Assembly (NCBI GenBank): GCA_036867785.1
Contig: CP145410.1
Coordinates: 1,426,001 to 1,490,000, forward strand
From: Plasmodiophora brassicae
Taxonomy: Eukaryota
Direction: 5' to 3'
DNA length: 64,000 bases
Shown: in pieces, positions 1 to 12,057 of the stretch
How the letters are laid out: each line of letters starts with the position of its first letter
Position numbering within the stretch: position 1 is the first letter of the stretch
Translations under genes and position numbers: made by a program
The notes under the pieces: model-generated
Told to the model about the DNA's origin: nothing
Database searches by the model: none
Seen by the model: the letters and a program-made list of their open reading frames with translations, nothing else

Positions 1-62
1 GTGACGATTGCTCGACTTCCGGTAGGAGGTATCAGCATCATGTGTTCGAAAGAGACACGCAC

Positions 63-3000
63 CTAAGAATTGCAACGATTAAATACGATTAACAGCAGCA
101 TCCGCCCTACGAAAGACGTACCGACTAGAAGACGATCGCAGCAATCCAGGCGACTTGGAAGGCATAGACCATGGTACTGCTGCTGAATGTCCCCAGTCTG
201 ACAAAAAGCGTCAAAGTTTGACGGCTGGCGCCTGACGTGGTGATACGAGGATATCTGAACGCCAGTCGAACGTTCGAACTGCTCGACAAGCTGAACGTAC
301 TTGCGCCTCCACGGATGGTTGCGTAAGCTGGGCCACTGCTCCTCGTCGACCAGTGTCGCATGCAGCCAGGTTCGCTCCATAGTGTTCAGCACGTACGCCT
401 TGATTTCGCCTTTGAATTCAATCGGTAGCGACGCCGGAAACGAGTCCGGGCACCCGAACAGAAACGGGTTGTCGTTGTCGAACATGTACATACTGTGTAG
501 GTCTAGCCTCAGCAACGCTGCCGCGGAGATCAGCTGAACGTTGCCGGCGATGTTCATTGTGAAGCCTTGCGTGGCTGTCAGGATCGACTTCATCCTCTTG
601 ATCCACCGTTCCATTGGATAGGTCCATACGAAACCAGAAAGAGGGCCCCATTGGCGAATGACTTCCGGAAGGTGGATCATCGAAGGCATCTGAACGGCAA
701 CAGTGCGGCGATGAATGTACAGATACGACATTGATAATCGGGGCACGTACCGATATCGTCAACAGCTTGCCAGGAATTACAGTTTCCAGCCGGGCACACG
801 CATCGAGGAACGTTTGCGCCACAGCGTCGAACGACGACCGGTCGAAGGACTTCGACAGAATCATCATCGATGAGTGCATGAAAGCGAAAACAGTTCCCCA
901 GGATAGGGCAGAATCGGAACTGTTGAACAGGGCCGTGCCAATCAAACCCGCAAAGATGGCGATTCCGACATCACTTGCCCAAATCAGCCAATCGTGAGAT
1001 TTCATCGAAGACTGGTACGGGTTCTTCGGGCGGTCACAGTTTCCGGTGGGCCACTCCAACGACTCTATCGCACTACCAATCTGCCTTGCAGCAGACGAAG
1101 CCAAAGTCGTCGCTGGAAAACGGCGATTGTTGGGAATCGTCAACACGGGAACGTCGGGAACAACGCGACCAAACGCACGGTCGATCTAATCCGCAAATGA
1201 GTTTGACGATGAAGTACAACAAATTGCGATCAAACCTCTGGAGAAAGCAATTCTTTGCCATTCCCATGCCAATCGAAGCACTTGACCAGACGCGGGATAA
1301 CACGCATACAGAATGCATGCATGGGATCATGCACGTACTGCGAAGCATGGCCGAACCCGCTCAATAATCCGACTGAATAAATGTCATGGCCAGGGACTCG
1401 ATGCCCACCGGTATCACCAGATGTCATTCGCAGACGCATCTCGGAATCCAGTTTCGGTTGAGCATCCTTGAGAAACTGGCATTCCTGCCGTCTAGTTCGA
1501 TCGCGATCTCGGTCGTCTGGACTTTCCGGGAACTTACTTCTTCCCAGTTCGGTCATCGACGTGAAAAACGATCTGCTCATCTGAGTACAAAGTCTTAGAC
1601 GGCCGTGCAAATCGTGAATATTATAGCGGCTTACAGCCTCTCGGACGTCTTCAGAAGACCATCGCCAAAGACCTGGAAACACAGTAGCGTGGCTCGCCGC
1701 GAAATGATAGCCTTGAACGTGACACCGGTTGCAGGCGTCCAGCTTTCCGCCTTGGGAGCAACGAGTTGTGAGGCTGAACTCTTTGTAATCTAATGTCTGT
1801 CACAAATTGGATATATGTAAGCAGAAATGACACGAGCAGATGGAGAAGGGAGTACGTACAGCACACGATAGAACTGCCCTTGCAGTTGCCGTCCCAGTTG
1901 TCGCATCGAACACAGGGAACCCGAGTTGGAACATCAGGTTTAATTCGAACGTGTCGAGGCGAAGAAACGCTGCACGATGACCTCGCGCGATGTGCGGTAT
2001 TAAACCGACTGCATGGATAAGGCCGAGGTTACACCGGACCTCAGGAGGCAGACTCAAGAGTATCTGAATGAGCGGAGTAACCGATTCCGATCCCCATCTC
2101 AAGACGTCGGCGCCGTCAATGCCAGACGTCACCGCAAGAGGGTATTCGTTGAAGCGCAGCGCCTCCAGCATGAAAGGACCATACGTATCTTTGAAATACT
2201 GGCCGTCTGTCCAGTCGCAAATGGTGTCGGAAGAACGAACTCCCAAGAGAATATTTCGATGTCGGTCGATTTCCGACCGAATGATGCCAGACATGTGTGC
2301 CGACCGAAACAACGATTGGAGAAATAGGATGCGGGAAAAGTAGAAGAAACGTTCGGATGCCTTCGAGCAGCACTCCTGGTCCGGTGGAGAGTCGCAGGCT
2401 GGCCACATGTGACCGTTGCAGCAAACGCGATACTCGAGGGACGGTATCGAAACGCCCGACTCCGACAGATAGGAGCGTAGCTGGGCAAGAGTGGTGATGC
2501 CCCCAGAACGTTGCAGCGAAAGAACAGGATCGGCGTTTAAACATTCTTCAAGGTCGTCCACAGGACAGCCCTTGCTGGCAGCGTATTCCTTAAACTACCA
2601 GAATTAGAGACACAGCTAACGTTCGTCAGACACGGTGCTTACGAATTTCGTATACTCGGCCTGGCGCCGTACGTCATCCTTGCTTAGTCGTTCTAATGAG
2701 CGACACAGGGACGCCTGCGTATGCTGCCCGCGGGCAAACTCATCCAAGCACTCCAGCGCACGTATGGAGGACGGATCCACCTGCAACGAAACCAGGCGCT
2801 TCGGAATCTCGACTTTTAGGAACTCGGATATGACGACCTCATTCCGGTACTTCCGAAGGAATTCCGCCGACCGGATGTGGTCGGCAGACATCCCTGCAAC
2901 GTCGTCTGATAAGCCGGCCGTGAAGTCGAAATCGATTAACGGCGGACCATCATGAAGCCAGGATACAGCCATTGTTTGTCTGATCGGACGATCCATTTCG

Positions 3001-3119
3001 TCAGGGATGCCGACACCATGGCGCGGGTTCAGAATAGGGTCGTTTCTTGCATCGGCGGCAAGAAAGCCTTCTCGTGGAAATGCACGAATGATGGGGTTAG
3101 CATCCTCCATGGTATCCAA
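63..3119 (-). CDS. CACTA (Transposase_21/DUF4218-like) transposase, multi-exon, probably continuing past position 63
   Basis: Spliceable ORF pieces carry ordered motifs DWTDG, SGIDG..LLSLPPEVR..GLIP, TLDY..ACNRC, YVHDPMH, MKSHDW and HLPEVIRQWGPL..WTYPMERW. Introns near 691-750, ~1798-1857 and ~2575-2620 join the pieces. Confidence 0.85.
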
Positions 3120-3318
3120 CCGGATGGACGATAGCCAGATCCAGACGAAGCCGTCGAAGCGAGGTGAGCTAGAGTTTGGTGCCGTTGTCGCGTCTCACAC
3201 ACAGGTACAACGATCGTCCACAGATCGAACACGACGATCGGAAGTCAACGACTGGCGCAAAAAATGGGGCATTCCGGCGGCCTGACGTCACAATCTTTTT
3301 TGGCGCGTTGGACCTGTT

Positions 3319-3438
3319 GGCACTATTTCGGCACTCCAGGATATGCACCTGCACCACATCGGCACTTCCCTATTGTTGGCTCCTGGAATCGGCACTTTCC
3401 TCGGCACTCGGGGAAGGTAGGGGCACCAATTTGGCACT
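3319..3438. repeat. Subterminal GGCAC(T) repeat cluster of the CACTA element
   Basis: Copies at 3319, 3330, 3361, 3391, 3403, 3422 and 3433, all in the same orientation. Confidence 0.85.
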
Positions 3439-3454
3439 CCTATTTTTCCAGTGA

Positions 3455-4081
3455 TACCGTCCTGGGTCGAAGCGGACATTGGGAGCCCTGCAGACACGAT
3501 GGCGAATTCTGCAGGAGGCGGTTAGCAGGTTCTGTGAAGTATTTCATCAGATTGCCTCCGCTGTGGATCCCAGTAAGACGGATGACGATTGCGTCAGCGA
3601 GGCGCTCGCGCAGTATGAAGGCGTGCAGGGCGCGCCATTCGAGCACCGTTGCATCTGGGAGTTCTTGCGGAAGGAAATACCCGAATATGAAGACCGCCTG
3701 GGGTTCGCTTCGTCTCGGTCAAAACGGCGGAAGCGTCCGGGCGAACAACCTCAGTCGCAACAGGCCGACATTGATGATCAGGAGCCAGGTATTCCTCGAT
3801 CCGGTGGACACAAGAAGGCAAGGAAACTGGTCGAACTGGAGGAGTCCATGTTGGCCATCCAGAAGGAGTACGCTGCACACGCCAAGCGGCGCAACGAGCT
3901 CCTTGCAGAACAGAACAGACTGCTCGAGCAGATGATTGAACGGCAGGCCCGTGTCTCGTTGGCCGGCCTACAGACCGAAGGCATGGATGAAGACGGCAAG
4001 AAACTGGTGCAGACAGCGCGTAAAATTGAACTCAGGACGCTTCTTGCTGAAGCCGAGGACGCTGGCATCGACGTCCAGTAA
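3455..4081 (+). pseudogene. 5'-truncated Myb/SANT-like plus NAM-associated C-terminal domain protein (Harbinger ORF1-like)
   Basis: RTLGALQTRWRILQEAVSRF..PFEHRCIWEFLR..PRSGGHKKARK followed by coiled coil. No ATG precedes the Myb helix, and the frame opens immediately after the CACTG terminus. Confidence 0.7.
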
Positions 4082-4306
4082 ACCACGTCAATTTACGACA
4101 TGGCGCGCGTTGTAATTCGCTTCCGCGCGGGCAGAACAAGGTCTGCAGGCGGGCCTGCGGTGCCTTCAGCGACCCGTAATGCAATGTAACGCGAAGCACG
4201 AAGAGGCCTGGCCACCCCACCCTGGCTGGCCTCTGTGCGGCGACGACGTGTGACTTTGTAGGCAGGGCGGTCGCGGTTGGTCTGCCGCGACGGCCACCAG
4301 GTCGCT

Positions 4307-5181
4307 ATGGCGGAAAAGAACGTCGTCCGGAACTTCTTCCTGAACAAGTCCACGAACTTGGCCGATGCGGTTCGCGACGGGCAGAACGCATCCGTCAAGG
4401 TGGCGTTCGCCCGCCAGGACAAGTCGTTCGTCCAGATGCTCGTGTCGACGCTGAAGGCCCAATCGCGAAACGTCTGGGTCGATTGGGAAGACGTACCGCC
4501 GGTAGGATCGCGCCGGCGCTGTCCGACATGCCGATGGCCGGCTGCTGACACCAGACGTCGCTGCACCAGAGCACCGACTGGCTGGAGGAGATCAACAGGG
4601 CCATCGAGCGGTCGGACGTGTTCCTCCTGGTGCTGAGCCCAGACTCCATCCGGACGGAGGTCATCGGCTGGGAGATCGAGCACGCCGTCAAGAACGGCAA
4701 GCGGATCGTGCCGATCGTGTGCCGCGACGTCGAGTACAGCGAGGTGCCGCCGGAAGTCGCCAAACTCGAATGGATCATCTTCCAGGAGGGCCCCGAGAAC
4801 GTCGAGGCCGCCATGAAGCTGTTGCAGAAGGCGCTGGACGCCGAGCTCCACCACCTCAAGTACCACACCGTCATCCTACAGCGGGCGCTAGTCTGGTCCA
4901 ACCGCGACTTCGACAAGTTCTCGTTGCTGGTCGGCGACGACCTGGAACGCGCCAAGACGTGGCAGGCGGCGGCCGCCTTGGGCAAGGACCCCAAGCCAAT
5001 CGCCCTGCATATGGCCTACGTAACGGCGTCGGCCATGATGTCGACCACGACCCGACGACGATATCTGGTGGCCGTCTTCTTCCTGTTCACTGTCGTCATC
5101 TGCATCGTCTGGCCGTCATGGGGCGTCTTCTTCTTCGCGCTGGTCTTCGCCCACCTGTTCGTCTACTTTGCGTCGCAGTGA
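4307..5181 (+). CDS. TIR (TIR_2-like) domain protein with C-terminal transmembrane hairpin
   Basis: [21 protein letters not shown], intron 4502-4569, then [39 protein letters not shown]. The C-terminus is hydrophobic ([36 protein letters not shown]). Confidence 0.85.
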
Positions 5182-5267
5182 GACGACCCAACCGGTGAAA
5201 TCAAATACAACCATGTGGGGATGCTCCTATTCAGACGTCATCACACTCAGGGGCAGGATAACACGGG

Positions 5268-8103
5268 TCAGGTTTCGTTCACGGCGGCCCTCTCGATCAG
5301 CCCAGGGGCCAGTTCAGGATTCGGATCAGAGCACATCTCGATAGCGCTGGTCAGGATCTCGTCCAGCAGCGAATCGCATACGCCGCGTACGCCGGCGATG
5401 CACGTCGGTATGATCGACACGCGCACGGTGAACACGTCCACCTCCAGCTGTTGGAACTGCGATTTCGTGAACGTACCCAGGCGGGTCAGCTCGATCCAGG
5501 CCTTCAGGGCGATGCGGATGGCCAGTTCGAGAACGGCCTCGACCGACGCCTCCGTCGACGCGTCGAATACGGGAGCAGTCTGGGCGAACACCCGGCTGAT
5601 GTCGTTCCGTCGCATGGGACGGGTCGGGACAGAGGCGGGCGCGTTCCGACCCTTTGACGCTGACGAAGTCGGCAGCACGGATTCGAGCTCCTTCTGGAAG
5701 TGGTTCAGGGCGGCTCGCCATTCGGGAACGAACGGGCTCGGCTTCCCGGGAGCGCTGCCTGTATCAGCAGGAGGGGCGAGCCGTGCACCCAGATCGGCGC
5801 CCGCTCTGTGAGCAATGACGCCCAGGAGGGCTTTCTCCGTCTCAGTGTACAGCTGGACCAGCGTTGCACAGCGACGGCTGAAGGCAATCGACGACGAGAC
5901 GGACGGGAAGAGGTGCCCGAGAGACTCGAACAGCTCGGGAAGGATCGTTAGCCGGCATGGGGAACACAGTCGATACGCTCGCAGGAGGAACGTCGGCGTA
6001 AACGGGTCGACTAGCGACGCTAATCGACGCTGCATAGCGAACTGTTTCGATGTCACGGTCGCGGTCTGCTCGGACGAAGGCAATCTGTTGTCCCCGAGCA
6101 GCAGAAGTTGCAAGTGTGCGACAGCCTCCACGAACAGATCTGTGAACGCCGATCAGACATCTGCCCACGTGCAACCGCCTACACACCGTTCGTACCTTGA
6201 ACGAACTTGTCAAAGTTCGGCGTGCGATCACAGATAGCCTTGATATCAACGACGGTGGCCCGCAGAACGGCTTCGATCTGAGAAACACATTGCTTGATTC
6301 GGTCGTCAATGGGAGCCGTCTCGCCGTCATTGGCGAGTCTGGCAATGGAGCTCGTCATTGACGTTTGTGCCACGTCGAATACGGCAACGACCGTCTTCTT
6401 GGTAACGAGATCGGTGACCTCTTTGACACGACTGCCAAGACCAGCAGACGGGACAAGCTTCTCAGCTTCCTGTACCGTCGATGACACGTCGGCAATCTGG
6501 TCAAGCAAGTCGCCCAAGAAGATTCGCCGCGCGTCGTCGTCACCAGCGGCGGTTAAGAACGCCCCGACGAGACGTAACAATGTTGTACGCGCGTCCTCCA
6601 AATAGAGGGAGAATACCTGACGCGTAAAAGCGCTCAAGGCAGTGAGAGCGTCGTCCCGAACCGTGCGGGATGGGACATCACCGCCGGGTGACTTTGGCGA
6701 CGGTTTCCTCTTAGACGAAGACGACTTCGCCTGCAGGCCTTTCGTACGGTTCTCTGTCACGTCCGGCGACGCCGGTGCGGGTCGGGCTGACGATTGGTCG
6801 GCTTTGGACGGCGTGGCGGGCACGGCAGGCAGGAACGACTTCCGGAACGTTTGGACGAACTCGCAGAAGTCGTCAGACAGTGCAAGGCGGAGGTTCTTCA
6901 TCAGCTCAGCGTCGGCTGTGGACGAACGTTTGGCCCGTTCCAGGTTCACCAACACGCGATCCCGCTTCGAATCTATCGAAAGGTAAGCCACGAATCCGTT
7001 AACGTTGACCCCGGACAGCGCATACTGAATAGGTCATGCCACAGCAATGTGGGGTCCACGCCAAGCCGCAATAGGAGAATGGCAATGTCAATCTGCCGCG
7101 TACCATCTGCGTGTTCGACATGTTGTAACTGGGAGCGCAACGAGTCCCGCATATCATGCATGATCGACTCGGACTCCAAACGAATCGCTTCGAACGACGG
7201 CATGTGGGAATACTGAGCAAGTATCTTGGTAGACGTGTCGAACATTGAAACGGCCTGCAACGACCATGGTCAGGGCGTCACGTAGAGCCGAAGACAGCGG
7301 CGATCACCTCGGTAAAGTTGCCCTTCTGTATGCATTCCCGAAGGCGACCGGGCAGATCGAACAGAAAGTTCAACCGTCCAATTAAACGCGACACACCGAC
7401 AAGGTTCTCGATGCGCTGCCGCGACGGATCGATGATTCGTTCAGCAGCCGTGTAATAGCCGCCTGAGCGACATCCGGTTTAGACAGCGGGACGTGAAGGT
7501 AGGGGGAATTTGCTTCACCTAGCGTCTTCATCGTCTCCGATAACCGGGACAGATCGCCATCCAGGGTATTGACTTGCGCCTAGCGCTCGGATGTGAACCA
7601 GGGACCTTCAAAAGCCACGACGGCGCGCGCAGACCTTCATTTGCTTGATGACGTCCGTTGCAGCAATGAACTTCGAGTAGTTCTCGTAGACGAGCATCTG
7701 CAGGTCGGTATCAAACGTCTTGATCTGATTCGACAGGTCGTTATTAATGTCCAGCAACTCCCTGCACCAGGGGCGTGAAATTCGCAAGCAATCATGCGCC
7801 AGAGAGCATTGCACCATACTTGACAGAGTGCCGATTGATGAGGTCGTCGACGTACGGATCAACCCTGAAATCGTCGTGATCCAGGGGCCCAGCAACAGTC
7901 GGCGCCGGCGGGACGATGATCTCAGCGACATTCAGCAGCATCGTCGGCGACCGGGAGCGCGAATCGCCGCCGACAGCGCCGCCCTCGTCATCGTCCAGGT
8001 CGTCGTCCCAGGAATCCTCATCGTCCGTCTGCGGCACGGCCGACTGGATCCCGTAGTAATCGGTCAGGAGGTCGGCCGGCGGCGCCGTCCTCGAGCTCGA
8101 CAT
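5268..8103 (-). CDS. VPS51: GARP/EARP complex subunit Vps51, multi-exon
   Basis: N-terminal DLLTDYYGI, DF.VD.YV and IKTFDTDLQMLVYENYSKFIAATDVIKQMK; C-terminal ELTRLGTFTKSQFQQLEVD. Confidence 0.9.
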
Positions 8104-8374
8104 CGCATCGGCCACGTTTTGGACGCGACGACCACTCGCTGGACGGTCGCGTAACGACTCAACGCGCCGCGCTGCCTGGCGAATCGTCACGACGTTTTGT
8201 CCGAACGACACCTCCAACGGCGTCTTCAATTGGGAGCGACGCTGTTGGCACAGACCCGGTGACCACTGAGGTTTATTGTGACAGGCGCGCCTGTACGTGC
8301 GAAGCGCCAGATCGCTAGTCGAATTGGTCGGGGAAACAGTTATTTAGCTAGGTAGGTTCGAACACGCCATCAGG

Positions 8375-9697
8375 TCATGTTGCATCCGGTGACGGTCCTG
8401 TACCACGTCGTACCATTCGCTGGAAGCACTCCGACAGGAACATGATCTCCACGCGATCCTGTTTCGGGAGGAGGCCATCGCCATCGTCCGTGACGGCTAG
8501 TTGGGAGAACATGTGTACCTGTCGGGTGATGGGACACGGATACGTGTGAGGCAGACGACGTATGGGCTCGTTAGAGAAGTACCTGGTTCAAGTCGTCCAG
8601 AATTTCTGACAGCGGCGTTGAACTTCGTTCGACGGCGAAACCGACCTGCGCTCTCAGGATGGCTTGCTGGCAGTCACTTCCGCTGGCCTTCCGACTACCA
8701 ATGTCTCGCTGGAATGACGATAAATCTATACAGGAACGGTATAGGTCAGAGGAGCCAATGGTGACCGCGGCAAGAGCAGACAGAGCTTCAGAAGAAGGAC
8801 CTGCTTTCGGAACTGGACGAGACCGTGATCCCTGACGAACTGGTGGGGGCTGACACCCGTGTCGTGGAGAATGGTGCAGAAGCGGTCCCAGTACGTGTCT
8901 AAAGGCACCCAAACGAGCGGGTCCATAGCAAGCAATTCATGTGCGCACAGGTACGTCTGCACGGCGAGGGGCCACGATGACGACGGCGAAATAATCGTCG
9001 CAATCAGCTTCGGGAACGTCTCCGGCGGAAGGTTGATCCCGCTAGCGGCCATCAACTACAGAGCGCGTTCGTCACGTCTCGATCGGGACGGCACATTGAG
9101 CGACGCACCTTCAGAACATGAAGTGTACCCGAGTCAACAATGCTGAGGACCGAGTCAAGGAAGACGTCAAGCGATTCCGAATGGGACGCTTTCATGTCAG
9201 TGGTGCGACTGAGGAATCGCCTCTTCACCGACGGGGACAGGAGCGAATCCCGCGACTCGGCAACCGCGCGCCGTCGGGCATGCCGGTCGCCGCGAATAAA
9301 CGCTAGGTCGTCGTTCTCGTCATTGAAGTCCGCTGGGCGTCCCTTGGCATGGCGCTTCGCCCGAGTCTTGACCTCCCCGGCGTCCTGCAGTGAACGACGT
9401 TCGGCCCAGTTCGTATGGACGTGGACCATACCCCCGGTTGCTACCTGCAATACTGGCTTGGCGACGGCTTCTGTTGGCGGACCGGGACATTTCCCATCGT
9501 AATGCGTCGTCTGCGACGAACACATCTCTGTCAGGGTTTGATCTACGCGTAGACAGGCGGGCGGTTCGGGGAGGGGGGCGGACCTGCAACTCGCCGAGCG
9601 GGACAGCCAGCAGGCAGATTGGGCATTCGCTGACGGACGCCGGCGCCGCCGTCTGACGTTCAGCAGACCGTGCGAACGCATTCGCCAACGTGTTCAT
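8375..9697 (-). CDS. Hypothetical multi-exon protein with N-terminal UBZ-like zinc finger
   Basis: ECPICLLAVPLGELQ spliced to THYDGKC gives a CxxC..H..C pattern. Downstream coding-like exons are present; the end coordinate is tentative. Confidence 0.5.
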
Positions 9698-9874
9698 GAC
9701 GGACGGCTGCCCTCGTCTGGGCACGGTTTCCGGTCGGCCCCCGGTGCAGTGATTTTGGCGCGCGCGCGCGCTCTCTCAATAAATACGCGGTTGCGACCGT
9801 TGGCACGCTGCGCACGGCTTTGGAATTTGACGGCTTACCAATACTGTGATGCAATGACGAGACGCAGCGGGGCG

Positions 9875-11485
9875 TTACAGCCATTGAACGCGCTTCATCA
9901 TGTAGACGAATGGGATGACGGTTGCACCCATGATGGCCAGGATCGTGTAGAAGGCAACGGGCGGCTGGTCCGGGTCCGGGTCACCGACCTGGTACGGGAC
10001 CTTGACGTTCATGCCGAATAGGCCCGTGACGAACGTCAGCGGGATCATCACGGTCGCAACGCTCGATATGTTCTTCATGACGACGTTGACTTTGTTGGAT
10101 GCCTCGCTGACTTCGATGGAGACCTTAGCGAGGTACGTCGACTGCAGCGCGCTCAGCATTTCGGATGCGATGTCGAGCTTCTGGATCATGGTCAGAACGT
10201 GGTCGTGGACGTCCCGGAAATAGGCCATGCGGAACCCTTTCAGGAACGGCCGCCATTCGCGTGACATGAGATTCAGGATCAGATCGCGCCGCGACCAAAG
10301 GCTCTGCCGTAGGACAGTGAGACGACGCCGAAACATGCCCATGCGTCGAAGCAGGTCGGTCTGCTCGTTCTGCGACAACATGTACACGAGATCCTCGAGC
10401 GCGTCGACCTCATTGACCGACTGGTCCACGATGAACATGTCGTAGTCGACGATGCAATCCACGATGCTGTGCACGACGACGGCCTGCGATGGCAGGTGAA
10501 GGCCGTGCGCTTTGATGAGACGACGCCGGACGTACTCGAGAAACGGAAGCTCGTTCTTGTGGATTGTCAAAACAATGCCGCTCTCGACAATGACGTTCAG
10601 CGTGCAATTCGTCGAATGGTCCTCGTTCGGCAGCGGTAGGCACCGGATAACGTTGAACATGTAATGTCGGAACCCTTCGATCTTTTGTCGCGTCCCAGGC
10701 GTGCTGATGTCTTCGACCGTCAGCGGGTGCAGGCGCATGATCTGACAGATGCTGTCAAGCTCGATGCCCTTCGCACCCTGTACATCAACCCATGCCAGTG
10801 GGTGATCACGCTCAGGCCGCTTCTTCAACTCGTCCAAGCGGGACAGCAGACCGCCAATGGAATGGAACGATACCTCTTCGGCACCGGACACACGGATCCG
10901 AGCACGAAACTCGGGTCGCAGGTTCGTCCGCGATAATGACGAGCGCCGTTCCTGCGGATAAGCCGTCGACGACTCCTCGTCCAGCTTCACGAAATGGTGT
11001 TCGTGACCAGGCGCAGGGGTCGTCGCCCGGAATTCCGCATCGGGTTGCGGCGCCGGTGGGAGCAGTTCCAGTTCGGACGACGCCGCCCGTTCATCATCGG
11101 ACGCGTACAATGCTGCCGTGACTTCCTCAGCGGCAGTACGTTCATCGCCATACTGAACATAGTGGTCGGGGAGAGGGACCAGGACCAACGTGGTCACCGA
11201 CGACACAGGAACCATCTTCTCCTGGCTCTGGGAAGCAGCATTAGAATTCGGACAGACACGGGCAGACAGACAAAGGCAGACCTCGGTCAGCACAGAGCCG
11301 TTGGCAGAGAATCGGAACCGTTCATAGCCGATTCGGTCCAGTTCGTCATCATCCCGGAACTGCTCCACGATGGCCGCGCGTACATCGCGGACCGTACTGC
11401 TCCCTTCGATAACAACGACGCCGAAATCATTGTCGTCTTTCTCCCATCGCAGCGGCAGCAGACGGATGCTGGACGATTCCCCCAT
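9875..11485 (-). CDS. CorA/Alr1-family magnesium transporter
   Basis: WVDV, LHPLTVEDI, YFRDVHDH and PLTFVTGLFGMNVKVP (GMN motif) with two C-terminal TMs. A probable in-frame intron lies near 11230-11282. Confidence 0.92.
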   Translation of the reverse strand: MGESSSIRLLPLRWEKDDNDFGVVVIEGSSTVRDVRAAIVEQFRDDDELDRIGYERFRFSANGSVLTEVCLCLSARVCPNSNAASQSQEKMVPVSSVTTLVLVPLPDHYVQYGDERTAAEEVTAALYASDDERAASSELELLPPAPQPDAEFRATTPAPGHEHHFVKLDEESSTAYPQERRSSLSRTNLRPEFRARIRVSGAEEVSFHSIGGLLSRLDELKKRPERDHPLAWVDVQGAKGIELDSICQIMRLHPLTVEDISTPGTRQKIEGFRHYMFNVIRCLPLPNEDHSTNCTLNVIVESGIVLTIHKNELPFLEYVRRRLIKAHGLHLPSQAVVVHSIVDCIVDYDMFIVDQSVNEVDALEDLVYMLSQNEQTDLLRRMGMFRRRLTVLRQSLWSRRDLILNLMSREWRPFLKGFRMAYFRDVHDHVLTMIQKLDIASEMLSALQSTYLAKVSIEVSEASNKVNVVMKNISSVATVMIPLTFVTGLFGMNVKVPYQVGDPDPDQPPVAFYTILAIMGATVIPFVYMMKRVQWL

Positions 11486-12057
11486 CCCGGCGGCGTCGTG
11501 GGCGTCGACGCCGAATTATACGCAAGTGATTAATCAATCGGTGATCCGCGGCACCCGGCCCTGTGTTGCAGACTATCCAGCGGGGCCAGTCTATCCGTCG
11601 CAGCACATGCGTTCGTCGGCGCGCCCCCCGTGCTAGAGTGCAAGCTCCTGCGTCCCGCCAGCTTGGACGAATGATGCAGCTGGGGCAGGGCACCCGAATC
11701 CACGACCTGTCAGTGACGCCCGCGCAGCGCAGTTTCGGACCGGCCGCGCCCGTGCGCAGCTCCTCGTCTCCAACCTATTTTTGTGGACGGCCGCGACGCC
11801 CAAACGCATCCACCAGGTAACGACGACTCAGTCGTCGCCTGCCTGCCCCTGACCCAGTCTTCTACGCAGGAGTTTCCCCCCGTGACACGTCACTTGTATC
11901 CGCATACCGCCCCGTCTGCAACAGACCGCTTTACCAACGTACCATCGAGGCGGTCCCGTCACCACCCGAAACCATACAGGTCCCATGTGCGTGCATTTGA
12001 TGGTGGTGCAGTACAGGGCGGATAGCCACATACTACGCACGCAGCGGGGCACACCTC

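Larger units (their letters stand above)
1..3453 (-). mobile_element. CACTA/EnSpm-superfamily DNA transposon (CACTG terminus); 5' end in window, other end beyond window start
   Basis: Plus strand TATTTTTCCAGTG ending at 3453 reads CACTGGAAAAATA on minus. Seven GGCAC(T) subterminal repeats lie at 3319-3438. The element contains a CACTA-type transposase, and the adjacent ORF is cut at this boundary. Confidence 0.85.

Noticed and set aside
3319..3438. Regularly recurring short repeats as a CRISPR-like array
   Set aside because: The repeats are only 5-6 bp with irregular spacing and there are no cas genes. They are explained as CACTA subterminal repeats.
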